Source: a virus
IMG/VR virus record: IMGVR_UViG_3300008107_000029
Location: 1-64,000 of that record
Length of the DNA: 64,000 bases
Direction: 5' to 3' (one strand)
The position numbers and the translations under genes were made by a program. Numbering within the stretch: the stretch's first letter is position 1; each line of letters opens with the position of its first letter. This document shows positions 35,880 to 44,050 of the stretch, piece after piece. A model generated the notes under the pieces. The model was not told where the DNA came from, made no database searches, and saw only the letters and a program-made list of their open reading frames with translations.

Positions 35880-37140
35880 ACCTTTTATTCCAATGCAAAG
35901 AGTTTTCTTGTGTAGAAAATGAGTACATTGAAATCATCGAGTTAATTAAATTAACAAGACTATTTTTTGACCTATGTGTCTTTGTCTTAAAGACTAGACC
36001 TTCCCAATCTATACCAAAGAAAGTATTAAAATCAAAGATTAATTTTTCATCTTTTGAATCAATAAAAGAATCTACAATCTCTTTAATTTCTTTATAAGAT
36101 TCGGTATCTTTAAAGTTTGAATCTTCATATACCTTTGTTTCTTCCCAGTCAATGCCCGTCCTTGTAAGGAACAGCCTTGATCCATAGTGCTTATAGATGG
36201 GTGTCCATCTCATACTGTAGAAAGAAAAACCTTCTTTAAAAAACTTTAAAGTAGTTTTAAAGTTGTCTTCATGAATTGATAAAGTCTTTTCCGATGCTTT
36301 ATTAATTCTATTAATATCTTTGGCTTTGCCAAACAAAAAGTATAAAGATAAAGCATTTGTTTTTGCTATAACTTCATTCTCTTTAAACTTAAGTCCATAG
36401 TACAATGGGAATCCATTATCAAATAAAAAGTCTTTGTGCATTTGTAATTCATCATAGAATTCATCTAACTCTTCATCTTTTTGGATTCCTTCTGTGCTGT
36501 CTAGAAATCTAACCATAGTAGAGTTTTCCATAATGCCAGAACTTGGATACCTTGCACCGTCATACTCTTCTCTTTGTAGAGTAGTCATTTCTTTATGATT
36601 CATGTAAAACTTAAAACCTTCTGTTTCGTTGTCATGTGGCAGATAGGCTCTTGGAAATGCAGTAAGCAAAACCTTTGAATCAAACTCAGCAAGTGACTGA
36701 TATTGTTTAAGTAGAACAATGTCCCAGTCTGGATCAAAACGCATATCAGATCCTATAGTCATGAAGTATGTTTCATTATTGTATTTAGAGTCTGTAAACA
36801 TTCTTAGTTTGCCATAGGTATCATAGATATAGTTTTTTTCTTTGCCGTCCAAAGCAACATAAGAAGTAGGAACGTATGAAATTCTTAAATTTGGATGATT
36901 GATTGGTGGCTCTAGACCTATATAGTTTTGAAATCCATGACCAACTATTCCTATAGTACAACTAACAAATAGGTTTCCTGGATCTCTTGCATTGTTATAT
37001 AAACTTTCAATAGTGTCATAAACACCTTCGTTTTCTCCAATAATGCTTACAAAGATAGAAGAAGTTTTTCTTTCGTCAACTAAGTATTCAGGGTCAAAGT
37101 TTGTTCCCTCAAATGAGTTTGTTCTGGTTGCTATGTTCAT
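35869..37140 (-). CDS. Divergent GT60-like glycosyltransferase paralog
   Basis: SIFVSI, LYNNARDPGNLFV, YNNETYFMTIGSDMRFDPDWD align with 30113-31252, but DSH is replaced by GSD. Confidence 0.7.
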   Translation of the reverse strand: MNIATRTNSFEGTNFDPEYLVDERKTSSIFVSIIGENEGVYDTIESLYNNARDPGNLFVSCTIGIVGHGFQNYIGLEPPINHPNLRISYVPTSYVALDGKEKNYIYDTYGKLRMFTDSKYNNETYFMTIGSDMRFDPDWDIVLLKQYQSLAEFDSKVLLTAFPRAYLPHDNETEGFKFYMNHKEMTTLQREEYDGARYPSSGIMENSTMVRFLDSTEGIQKDEELDEFYDELQMHKDFLFDNGFPLYYGLKFKENEVIAKTNALSLYFLFGKAKDINRINKASEKTLSIHEDNFKTTLKFFKEGFSFYSMRWTPIYKHYGSRLFLTRTGIDWEETKVYEDSNFKDTESYKEIKEIVDSFIDSKDEKLIFDFNTFFGIDWEGLVFKTKTHRSKNSLVNLINSMISMYSFSTQENSLHWNKRYVK

Positions 37141-37661
37141 TATCTAGTCTTTTCTTTGTAGTTAAAATACCAATGGTCTGGCTCTGCATAATGTAAGAAG
37201 AGCATTAATACTTTATTTCCTGGTGTAAAAGGTGGTCTGCCATGAAATTGATCTTCACCGTACATTGCAATAGCCTGATTGGCTTTAAGAACATAGTCTT
37301 TACCTTCAATAGTAACAGGCCAAGGTTCTTTTGAATACAGGCAAACGTCGTAACTATAGGTGCATGCATTGCTATCATAGTGAAATGGCAAAGACGATTT
37401 GTCGTTTTCGTATAGAGCAACGGTAGCATAAGTTGGTAGCAATGTCTCACTCCCAAAATCTTTTCTTGCTTTGTCAATGTTAGTTATGAGTATATTGGTT
37501 ATATAAGGAGAATTATGAAACCATCTATTCATATTATCATTTGACCAAAGCCACTCTTGGTTAAAATTAAATGTATTAATCTTGTTTATAATAGAAGTAT
37601 AATCTGATTGCTTGAAAAAATTATCAACAATCCAAGGATCTTTAACCTTACTGTTGACCAC
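37140..37661 (-). CDS. 2OG-Fe(II) oxygenase
   Basis: LLPTY, LPFHYD (HxD), WP, YG...HGR, FLHY. Confidence 0.8.
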   Translation of the reverse strand: MVNSKVKDPWIVDNFFKQSDYTSIINKINTFNFNQEWLWSNDNMNRWFHNSPYITNILITNIDKARKDFGSETLLPTYATVALYENDKSSLPFHYDSNACTYSYDVCLYSKEPWPVTIEGKDYVLKANQAIAMYGEDQFHGRPPFTPGNKVLMLFLHYAEPDHWYFNYKEKTR

Positions 37662-38313
37662 TGAACCTGTTTCCTTCCAATAAAAATTCAGTTCCAGGCT
37701 CTCCTAACCACGTTACAACAGCATATTTAGTTCCAGAAATTACTGGCTTTGCTTGATGTAGGTATGCATAGTCTGAAGGGAACAAAGCAATAGAAGGTGT
37801 TTGTGGATGAATATTTACATCGTGATGTACAAAATAGGTAGAACCGCCTTCATACTCACTTGGATTTAAATACATTACTGCTGAAAGAGTTCTGTATTCA
37901 TGTCCTGGTCCTCTATCGCAATGTGCTTTGTATTGTTTTCCTGGACCGTACTTTAAAAGTTGTAGGCCTTCGTCAAATGCAATATGTAAATCAAATGAGT
38001 CACAATAGTCTCTAACGCTTGCTCCAAGTCTGTCTCTAATTAATTCTGTTGCCGTTTGCATATCTTTTGCAGTCTTAGAAACAATGTCACAAGAGTCAAT
38101 TGCCATCACTTGGTTTGACCTTACAGTACCACCGTCGTGTCCCTGACCTACTTTTGCACCCTGAAAAGATACTTGACTTGTTACGTCTTGATCTATTGCT
38201 TCGTATGCTGCAATAATTTCTGCAGCCTGCTCTTTAGTAAAGATGTCATTGTATATTGCAATGGCTCCACCAAAAATATCCTTGGTTACTTCCTTTGGCA
38301 TATCTTTAATCAT
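37648..38313 (-). CDS. Prolyl 4-hydroxylase-like 2OG-Fe(II) oxygenase
   Basis: VRSN, EGLQLLKY..G..YKAHCD, RTLSAVMYLN..YEGGSTYF, LFPS...HQAKPVISGTKY..VTW. Confidence 0.88.
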   Translation of the reverse strand: MIKDMPKEVTKDIFGGAIAIYNDIFTKEQAAEIIAAYEAIDQDVTSQVSFQGAKVGQGHDGGTVRSNQVMAIDSCDIVSKTAKDMQTATELIRDRLGASVRDYCDSFDLHIAFDEGLQLLKYGPGKQYKAHCDRGPGHEYRTLSAVMYLNPSEYEGGSTYFVHHDVNIHPQTPSIALFPSDYAYLHQAKPVISGTKYAVVTWLGEPGTEFLLEGNRFSGQQ

Positions 38314-38322
38314 TTTATTCCC

Positions 38323-38934
38323 TTATCTCATATAGGATAGGGAGATTGTCCCTATGCCTTTTTCTTTCTCGTACAACTCTGAATCAATATCTTTACCACC
38401 GTGAAAAGCAGTAAAGAGACTTAATCTATAATGACTCAGGACTGGGTTGACTGAGTGCGTATACATAAAGTCTGCTGGTAATAATAATATTGTACCACCT
38501 TTAGGTTTGTATATCAAGTCTTCAAACTGATCAAATTTAATACTTCCACCCTCGTAATCGTCATTAAGAAAAACATAGCATGCTATCTTTCTTGTAAATG
38601 GAAGATAATCTATTTTATCATTGATAGAAGAAGATGCATTTAGGTTAATATTTTGAATTCCAGATCCTGGATTCATTACAAAAAATTGATACTTTTCTTG
38701 CCATTGTAGGGTATGAATAGACTCTTTGTATAAATCACAATAAGAAACCAAGCACTCTAGCACAGTCTTTTGAAGTTTTTCTAATTTGTAATTAATTTTT
38801 TTATCGGAGGATATGATTCTATTAGACTTTAATTCAAGTGGAGCCAGTCCATCTTCACCAATAATTAAATCTTCAACGGGAAATTCTACAATTCCTGGGG
38901 CAAGAATGTTATACTTCAAATCTTGGTGCCTCAA
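38323..38934 (-). CDS. P4H-like 2OG-Fe(II) oxygenase paralog lacking HxD
   Basis: RKIACYVFLNDDYEGG..F, PKGG..LLP...THSVNPV..R present; no HxD at the expected position. Confidence 0.7.
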   Translation of the reverse strand: MRHQDLKYNILAPGIVEFPVEDLIIGEDGLAPLELKSNRIISSDKKINYKLEKLQKTVLECLVSYCDLYKESIHTLQWQEKYQFFVMNPGSGIQNINLNASSSINDKIDYLPFTRKIACYVFLNDDYEGGSIKFDQFEDLIYKPKGGTILLLPADFMYTHSVNPVLSHYRLSLFTAFHGGKDIDSELYEKEKGIGTISLSYMR

Positions 38935-39418
38935 TTTCTGTGTCTTTGTTTTCTACAACAGTCTCTTTATAAACAATTAAAGATTTGTTATACAAGAATC
39001 CATTGCTATCATAAAGTTTAATGTAATATTCTCCAAAGGTTTTTGGAGTAAAACGAACTACAAACCTAATGTCTCCTTCTTTTTCTAAAGGATACTCCTC
39101 TACTATTTGAATATTTTTTGGATCATCCATATCTACTAAATGAAGTTCAATTCTTAAATCTTCCATTTTTTCATAAATTAACCATTCATTTAAATAATAA
39201 AGTTCAATTTCTTCTCCTAAAGGAAATGTTTCTTTTTCTAAAAACACAGTGTTTGTTTCTGGAATGTATACAATTTGAGGCTCTGATGGGTCTTGAAGAT
39301 ATAAATCAATTAAATCAGATTTACCTATAACAACTTGTGAGCATTCTGATTGCTGTGCTTTAAATAGAATATCCTCGTCAAGGGTTCGTCCTTCTGGAAC
39401 GTAATAGATTAATTCCAT
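38909..39418 (-). CDS. Acidic hypothetical protein (possible fibre chaperone)
   Basis: 169 aa between the fibre genes and the oxygenases. Confidence 0.55.
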   Translation of the reverse strand: MELIYYVPEGRTLDEDILFKAQQSECSQVVIGKSDLIDLYLQDPSEPQIVYIPETNTVFLEKETFPLGEEIELYYLNEWLIYEKMEDLRIELHLVDMDDPKNIQIVEEYPLEKEGDIRFVVRFTPKTFGEYYIKLYDSNGFLYNKSLIVYKETVVENKDTEIEAPRFEV

Positions 39419-39420
39419 TA

Positions 39421-40491
39421 TTACACCAATAGTTCTTTGATAGTTCCTGCTTCATGCCCAGTAACATCAAGTGCTACGGATGAAGGTCTTACAAATTGAG
39501 AGACTAGGAGGATTACTCCACCACCTGTTTGGTATGCCATTGCAGATGAGTTGTAGTATCCAGTTGCATAAACTGTTCCAAATCCAACCATCTTTCTTGC
39601 AGAAACTACAACAACTCCACCACCTGGTTGAGTTCCGTTTCCTGCACCACCACGTAATGGCAGTGGGACTGTTAAAGATCCACCAAAAGCATATCCATTA
39701 ATAGCATTCATTGGTAAGTTATAGTACTCAGGACCACCGTTAGCAACCACTGGAAGGCTACTAGCATAGCCAAGACCATCTCCTCCTAGACTATTTGATA
39801 CACTAACCTCAGACCCTCCTAGAAGTGATCCAACACCACTAAAACCATTCTTAAGTCCAATACTTGTTGTGGCTTGGTTGGCAATTGCCGAACTAAAGGT
39901 AAGGATATTTCTTACAAACACCCTATACCCATTAGTGTTTACGTGTACGCCTGGGGCAATAGTAAGATTACTATAATACATATCTCTAGTAAGATCTGTG
40001 TTTGCTGAGATTGTAACTGTTCCGTCTTTTCCAGATCCGTAAATTGAATCTGGAATGATATTAAAGTCGTATGTTGCTTGTGTCAGCCTGGTGATTGTTC
40101 TAATCTGATTGCCCTTTGCAGCATTAAGGCCGTCAAAGTAATAGTAGTTTACTGGTGTAGATGAGTTTGGCTGTATAGTTATTTTTCTAGCAGTTGCTGC
40201 GTTAAATCCAGAAGCATATGCTGCATAGTTTGCAACCAAAGTATTGTTTAAGAAATACTTAATTCCATATGCAGAACTCAAGGCACTTCCAGTGCTGTCT
40301 GCTACTGTTCCAATACATATTGGATGGCTTGCGTTGCTAGCATTGTCTTGGTTAATTGTATATGTATCTCCAACTGCCAATGTTAATACTGGGGCTGTAA
40401 CTGAATTTAAAACATAGTTTGTTGAATAAGTAGTTGTCTGTGTAAAAGCAGATGATTCTTGACTAACTGATCCAAATTGCGTAATAGGCAT
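39421..40491 (-). CDS. Glycine-rich virion/fibre protein
   Basis: IYGSGKDGTVTI...RDMYYSNLTI...TNGYRVFV and GGGVVVVSARK domain shared with the next gene. Confidence 0.65.
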   Translation of the reverse strand: MPITQFGSVSQESSAFTQTTTYSTNYVLNSVTAPVLTLAVGDTYTINQDNASNASHPICIGTVADSTGSALSSAYGIKYFLNNTLVANYAAYASGFNAATARKITIQPNSSTPVNYYYFDGLNAAKGNQIRTITRLTQATYDFNIIPDSIYGSGKDGTVTISANTDLTRDMYYSNLTIAPGVHVNTNGYRVFVRNILTFSSAIANQATTSIGLKNGFSGVGSLLGGSEVSVSNSLGGDGLGYASSLPVVANGGPEYYNLPMNAINGYAFGGSLTVPLPLRGGAGNGTQPGGGVVVVSARKMVGFGTVYATGYYNSSAMAYQTGGGVILLVSQFVRPSSVALDVTGHEAGTIKELLV

Positions 40492-42164
40492 TATTTAACA
40501 TCCTCCTCATTCTTAATAATTATAACACTTCCTGCTGTAGCGTATCCACCATCACCTGTACCTGCAGCAGATCTAACTTCAATAGTAGAAGGAATATTGT
40601 CTTCAGTTACTAGTAAAACAACTCCACCACCACCTGCATATCCAATAGTTCCTGGAGTTCCTGGAAGTCCAGCAGTAATAGATCCTCCTGCACCACCTGC
40701 TCCTCCTGCTCCACCAGGACCACCCTCAGCATATACTGAAGGAATAAATGATGTTGACTCTGGCTGATATGCTACAAAGAAAAATGAATATTGAGTTGGT
40801 CCTTGTCCTACTTGACGAGACTCTGTGTTGCTTCCAAAGTTTGTATAAGATGCAGCAACTTGTCTTTGTGTAGTAAATGGAAATGGGTTAAAAGATCCAG
40901 GGTTTCCTGGGGTTGGGGAGTTTCTTCCAGTTTGTACATACGACCATGGCTGTCCAGGCTGAAAAAATGAAAATGGGTTGCCTGGTTGAAAGAATGAAAA
41001 TGGGTTTCCAGGCTGAAAGAATCCACCACCTCTTGGAAATCTAACAAATCTTCCTGGGTTTGTTCCAAAAACTGTTCTTCCAGGGTTTGTTCCAGAAACA
41101 GTTCTTCCTGGAAAGACTCCAAAGATTCCTCTAGACCAAGCGTTGCCTGGAGTTGGAGCGTTTACATAAGAATATCCTGGTGTAACTGCTGGAGTTACTT
41201 GAGTATAGGTATAGTTAAATGTAACAGAAAATGGTTGTTGATAAAATTGTGTAACTACTGTTGGTGCATTGTATCCATATGCCAATACATTGTAGTTATA
41301 TCCTGCTGCATTTACTTGAGTTCTTGAGAATTGAAAAAAGTCTGGGGCCTTTGCTCCTGTATTTCCTGGTGCACCTGGATTACCAACACTTCCTGCGGTT
41401 CCTTCACCTGGTAAAGGTAATGGTCCTGGAGACTTTCCGTCAGCACGAATAATTCCAGATCCTATAATTTTTCTTGCAGAAATAACAACTACTCCACCAC
41501 CTGGACCTCCGTCTCCTCCAAGTCCTGCAGCACCTCCAAGCCCTCCAGTTCCTAAGTTTCCTGGAGCACCTGTGTTTCCTGGGGATCCTTTTCCACCTGG
41601 GGCACCCACTGTGTTTGTTCTAGATGTAGGACTTAAATTTCCTGGTGCACCTGGAGAACCTGCAGGGGCAGGCTGTGCAACTCCGTCTGCACCTTTGTTA
41701 CCTGGTGTACCTGGTTTTCCACCAGATCCACCTTGAAGTGTTCTAAGTCTATTTAATGCTGCATCAAATTTATATGCAACAATTGCTTGTGAAAAATTAT
41801 AAAACTCTGCTTCTCCAAAGAAGTTCTCACCGTTATTAAGACCACCAGATCCACCAAGAGTATCAGATGCTTTGACTCCCGAAGCCCCACCACCAAAGAT
41901 AGTTCCTGCAGTTACAGTGTCAGCGAGTCTTCCGATAACAGAAGTGGCGTCTGCCATTGTTAATGTGTCTTTAACAAAAACTCTAAATCCGTTTGTATCT
42001 AATTGTACGTTTGCTAAAATTGTAAGATTGTTATAGTACATGTCTCTATTCAAAGATATGTTTGAAATAACAGTGACATCGCCATCTGTTCCTGGTCCAT
42101 AAATCTCAAGGCCACCCTTACGGGAAGCCAAGACAACAGGCTCTGGAACTCTTACATCAGACAT
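40491..42164 (-). CDS. Glycine/proline-rich, collagen-like virion fibre protein
   Basis: Same Gly-rich domain as 39421-40491, plus G-X-P runs (GKPGTPGNKG, GSPGAPGNL, GAPGGKGSPGNTGAPGNLG, GNPGAPGNTG, GLPGTPG) and a central aromatic insert. Confidence 0.7.
   Translation of the reverse strand: MSDVRVPEPVVLASRKGGLEIYGPGTDGDVTVISNISLNRDMYYNNLTILANVQLDTNGFRVFVKDTLTMADATSVIGRLADTVTAGTIFGGGASGVKASDTLGGSGGLNNGENFFGEAEFYNFSQAIVAYKFDAALNRLRTLQGGSGGKPGTPGNKGADGVAQPAPAGSPGAPGNLSPTSRTNTVGAPGGKGSPGNTGAPGNLGTGGLGGAAGLGGDGGPGGGVVVISARKIIGSGIIRADGKSPGPLPLPGEGTAGSVGNPGAPGNTGAKAPDFFQFSRTQVNAAGYNYNVLAYGYNAPTVVTQFYQQPFSVTFNYTYTQVTPAVTPGYSYVNAPTPGNAWSRGIFGVFPGRTVSGTNPGRTVFGTNPGRFVRFPRGGGFFQPGNPFSFFQPGNPFSFFQPGQPWSYVQTGRNSPTPGNPGSFNPFPFTTQRQVAASYTNFGSNTESRQVGQGPTQYSFFFVAYQPESTSFIPSVYAEGGPGGAGGAGGAGGSITAGLPGTPGTIGYAGGGGVVLLVTEDNIPSTIEVRSAAGTGDGGYATAGSVIIIKNEEDVK
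40953..41112 (-). repeat. 27-bp (9-aa) coding repeats
   Basis: PGRTVSGTN PGRTVFGTN PGRFVRFPR ... PGNPFSFFQ PGNPFSFFQ PGQPWSYVQ. Confidence 0.75.
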
Positions 42165-42166
42165 TT

Positions 42167-42502
42167 TTAGGCTATCTCCACTCCACTAATATGTAGGCTG
42201 ATTGCGTCTGCAACGTTTGCTAGACACTGTATTGTAGCACCTGTTGGAACTACGATACTTCCATCTACTAGTTGAGTAGTATTTGCAGGCACTAGGATTT
42301 CTCCAAAGGCCTTGTTTGTTGCTAATGCAGTTCCCCCACTTGGCACAATGTGAATCGTTGCTCTAGCGTCTATACCACTGGTATTCGCTATAAGTATTTG
42401 CTTCACAAGTGTAGTTGTGCTTGCTGGAACTGTATACAATGTTGCAGCCGTAGTAGTTAATCGTGTTACTGCTGCTAGTTGTTTTGGTGTATATGCTGGC
42501 AT
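42167..42502 (-). CDS. Small virion protein (beta-sandwich), paralog family with the next two genes
   Basis: LYTVPA..TT..KQILIAN...IHIVP...ISGVEI. Confidence 0.7.
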   Translation of the reverse strand: MPAYTPKQLAAVTRLTTTAATLYTVPASTTTLVKQILIANTSGIDARATIHIVPSGGTALATNKAFGEILVPANTTQLVDGSIVVPTGATIQCLANVADAISLHISGVEIA

Positions 42503-42518
42503 TTCTTCACCTCTTCTC

Positions 42519-43379
42519 TTATACCTGCATCCAGATCAATGCTAGATCTGTTGTATTACCTGACAATACAATCTTATTGTTTGCATCGTCATAGGTTGCT
42601 GTAATATTATTATGGGTAGTGTGGTCAAACAGTACGGCAGCAGAGTCTTGGATTAATTCTACATCTCCACCCGTTGCATTTGTACCAGTAAGAACAATTT
42701 TATTTGCTAGGTCATCGTAAGTAACAGTAATGTTTACGTGATCGTTATGTGTTAGGGCTGCTGCTGCAGCATCTTGTGCACGTTCTGAAACATAGTATTG
42801 GTTTGTAGTTCCTTCTGGAAGGTTGTCAGTTGTCTTAGCACCAAAAAGGTTTTCCCATTCAGCATCTGTTACGTACTGTGGGTGTGGGTTTGCTAAGGCC
42901 TCGTGAGCGTCAATACTGTTATCAATTGTAGTCTGGTTAGCAGAGGCAATCCATGCGTTACCTGCCCAAAAATACATTAAGTTAGTAGTAGAGTTAAACC
43001 AAATGTCTCCAATTTGTGGAGTTGGTGGCTCTGTTGGCTGCTGAATAACAAACTGAGATCCAATTGACTCGTAAATACCATTCATAGAGAATGAAGTAAC
43101 TCCTTGGTCAGAGCGAATGTAAACCTTATCTCCTACACCAATTGTAAATCTGTAAGTCTCAATGGAGTTTCCACGAGACAAATCTGTGTTATATGTAAGC
43201 CAAGCCCATTTAGATTGATTTTGGTCTTCATCTTTAGGTACTAGATAGATGCTAATTCTGTCATCTACGCTTCCAATGTTTGTAGCAATCACAGAAATCA
43301 AAGCGGATCTTGGAGATGCAAACATAACAGTTGTTGTATCTGCTAATGGTACATTTGTTGCTAGTCTACTAATTGCCAT
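42519..43379 (-). CDS. Virion/tail fibre protein
   Basis: N-terminal domain like 43397-44047; PQIGDIWFN; TVTYDD..NKIVL repeats shared with 50897-53854. Confidence 0.7.
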   Translation of the reverse strand: MAISRLATNVPLADTTTVMFASPRSALISVIATNIGSVDDRISIYLVPKDEDQNQSKWAWLTYNTDLSRGNSIETYRFTIGVGDKVYIRSDQGVTSFSMNGIYESIGSQFVIQQPTEPPTPQIGDIWFNSTTNLMYFWAGNAWIASANQTTIDNSIDAHEALANPHPQYVTDAEWENLFGAKTTDNLPEGTTNQYYVSERAQDAAAAALTHNDHVNITVTYDDLANKIVLTGTNATGGDVELIQDSAAVLFDHTTHNNITATYDDANNKIVLSGNTTDLALIWMQV

Positions 43380-43396
43380 GTGTCTCCCCTAACCTA

Positions 43397-44047
43397 TTAT
43401 ATCCTATTTAACTCACCAAACAAAAGGTATTCGTTTGGATTTGTTTTAAGAAGTTCTATTACGCTGTGAGCACCTTCGCTAACATTTGTACACCCTGCAT
43501 TCTTATTTAACGTTACACCAGAGGCTGCTACAACTTGCACTGCTGCCTGTGTGCTAGTAACGTAAAACCTTGAACCAAGTGGTGCAGGGTTTACAGTCTC
43601 ATTTGGAACTGTAAGTGTTACAGTGCTACCGTTGGTAAGTTTTAGCATTCTATCTATATCTTCAAATACTAATGTATGCGATGAAGCAGCATCAGTACGA
43701 GTAAGTAGTTGCTTTGGGGAGTATGCGAGTAGGTCTGTTTGTTGAATTCCCTCTGCCAGGAATGAGAATCCTTCTCTACTTCCACTAACGTATAGTTTAT
43801 CACCCTCCACCAAAGCAAATCTGTGTACTTCTACTGAGTTTCCTGACTCAATTAGAAGATTTTTTGTTATGTAAACAAAGTTTGCATCGATTCCAGCACC
43901 TTCTGGGTCAATGTATATTGTTGTAGATCCAATGTTTTCATTTCCATTAGTAACCAATACAGAGGCAAGGTACTCGCCATCCGAAGTAAATATTAGGACT
44001 GGTGTATTTGGATCTGGGTTAGCAATTCCTAGTCGTCTCAGAGCCAT
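43397..44047 (-). CDS. Virion/tail protein
   Basis: MALRRLG...GNSVEVHRF..GDKLYV; C-terminal LTVP...G..F...GVTL...LFGEL. Confidence 0.7.
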   Translation of the reverse strand: MALRRLGIANPDPNTPVLIFTSDGEYLASVLVTNGNENIGSTTIYIDPEGAGIDANFVYITKNLLIESGNSVEVHRFALVEGDKLYVSGSREGFSFLAEGIQQTDLLAYSPKQLLTRTDAASSHTLVFEDIDRMLKLTNGSTVTLTVPNETVNPAPLGSRFYVTSTQAAVQVVAASGVTLNKNAGCTNVSEGAHSVIELLKTNPNEYLLFGELNRI

Positions 44048-44050
44048 CTG

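Noticed and set aside
39421-42164. Diversity-generating retroelement template/variable repeat pair
   Set aside because: The similarity is protein-level paralogy; no adenine-specific mismatch pattern noticed and no reverse transcriptase in the window
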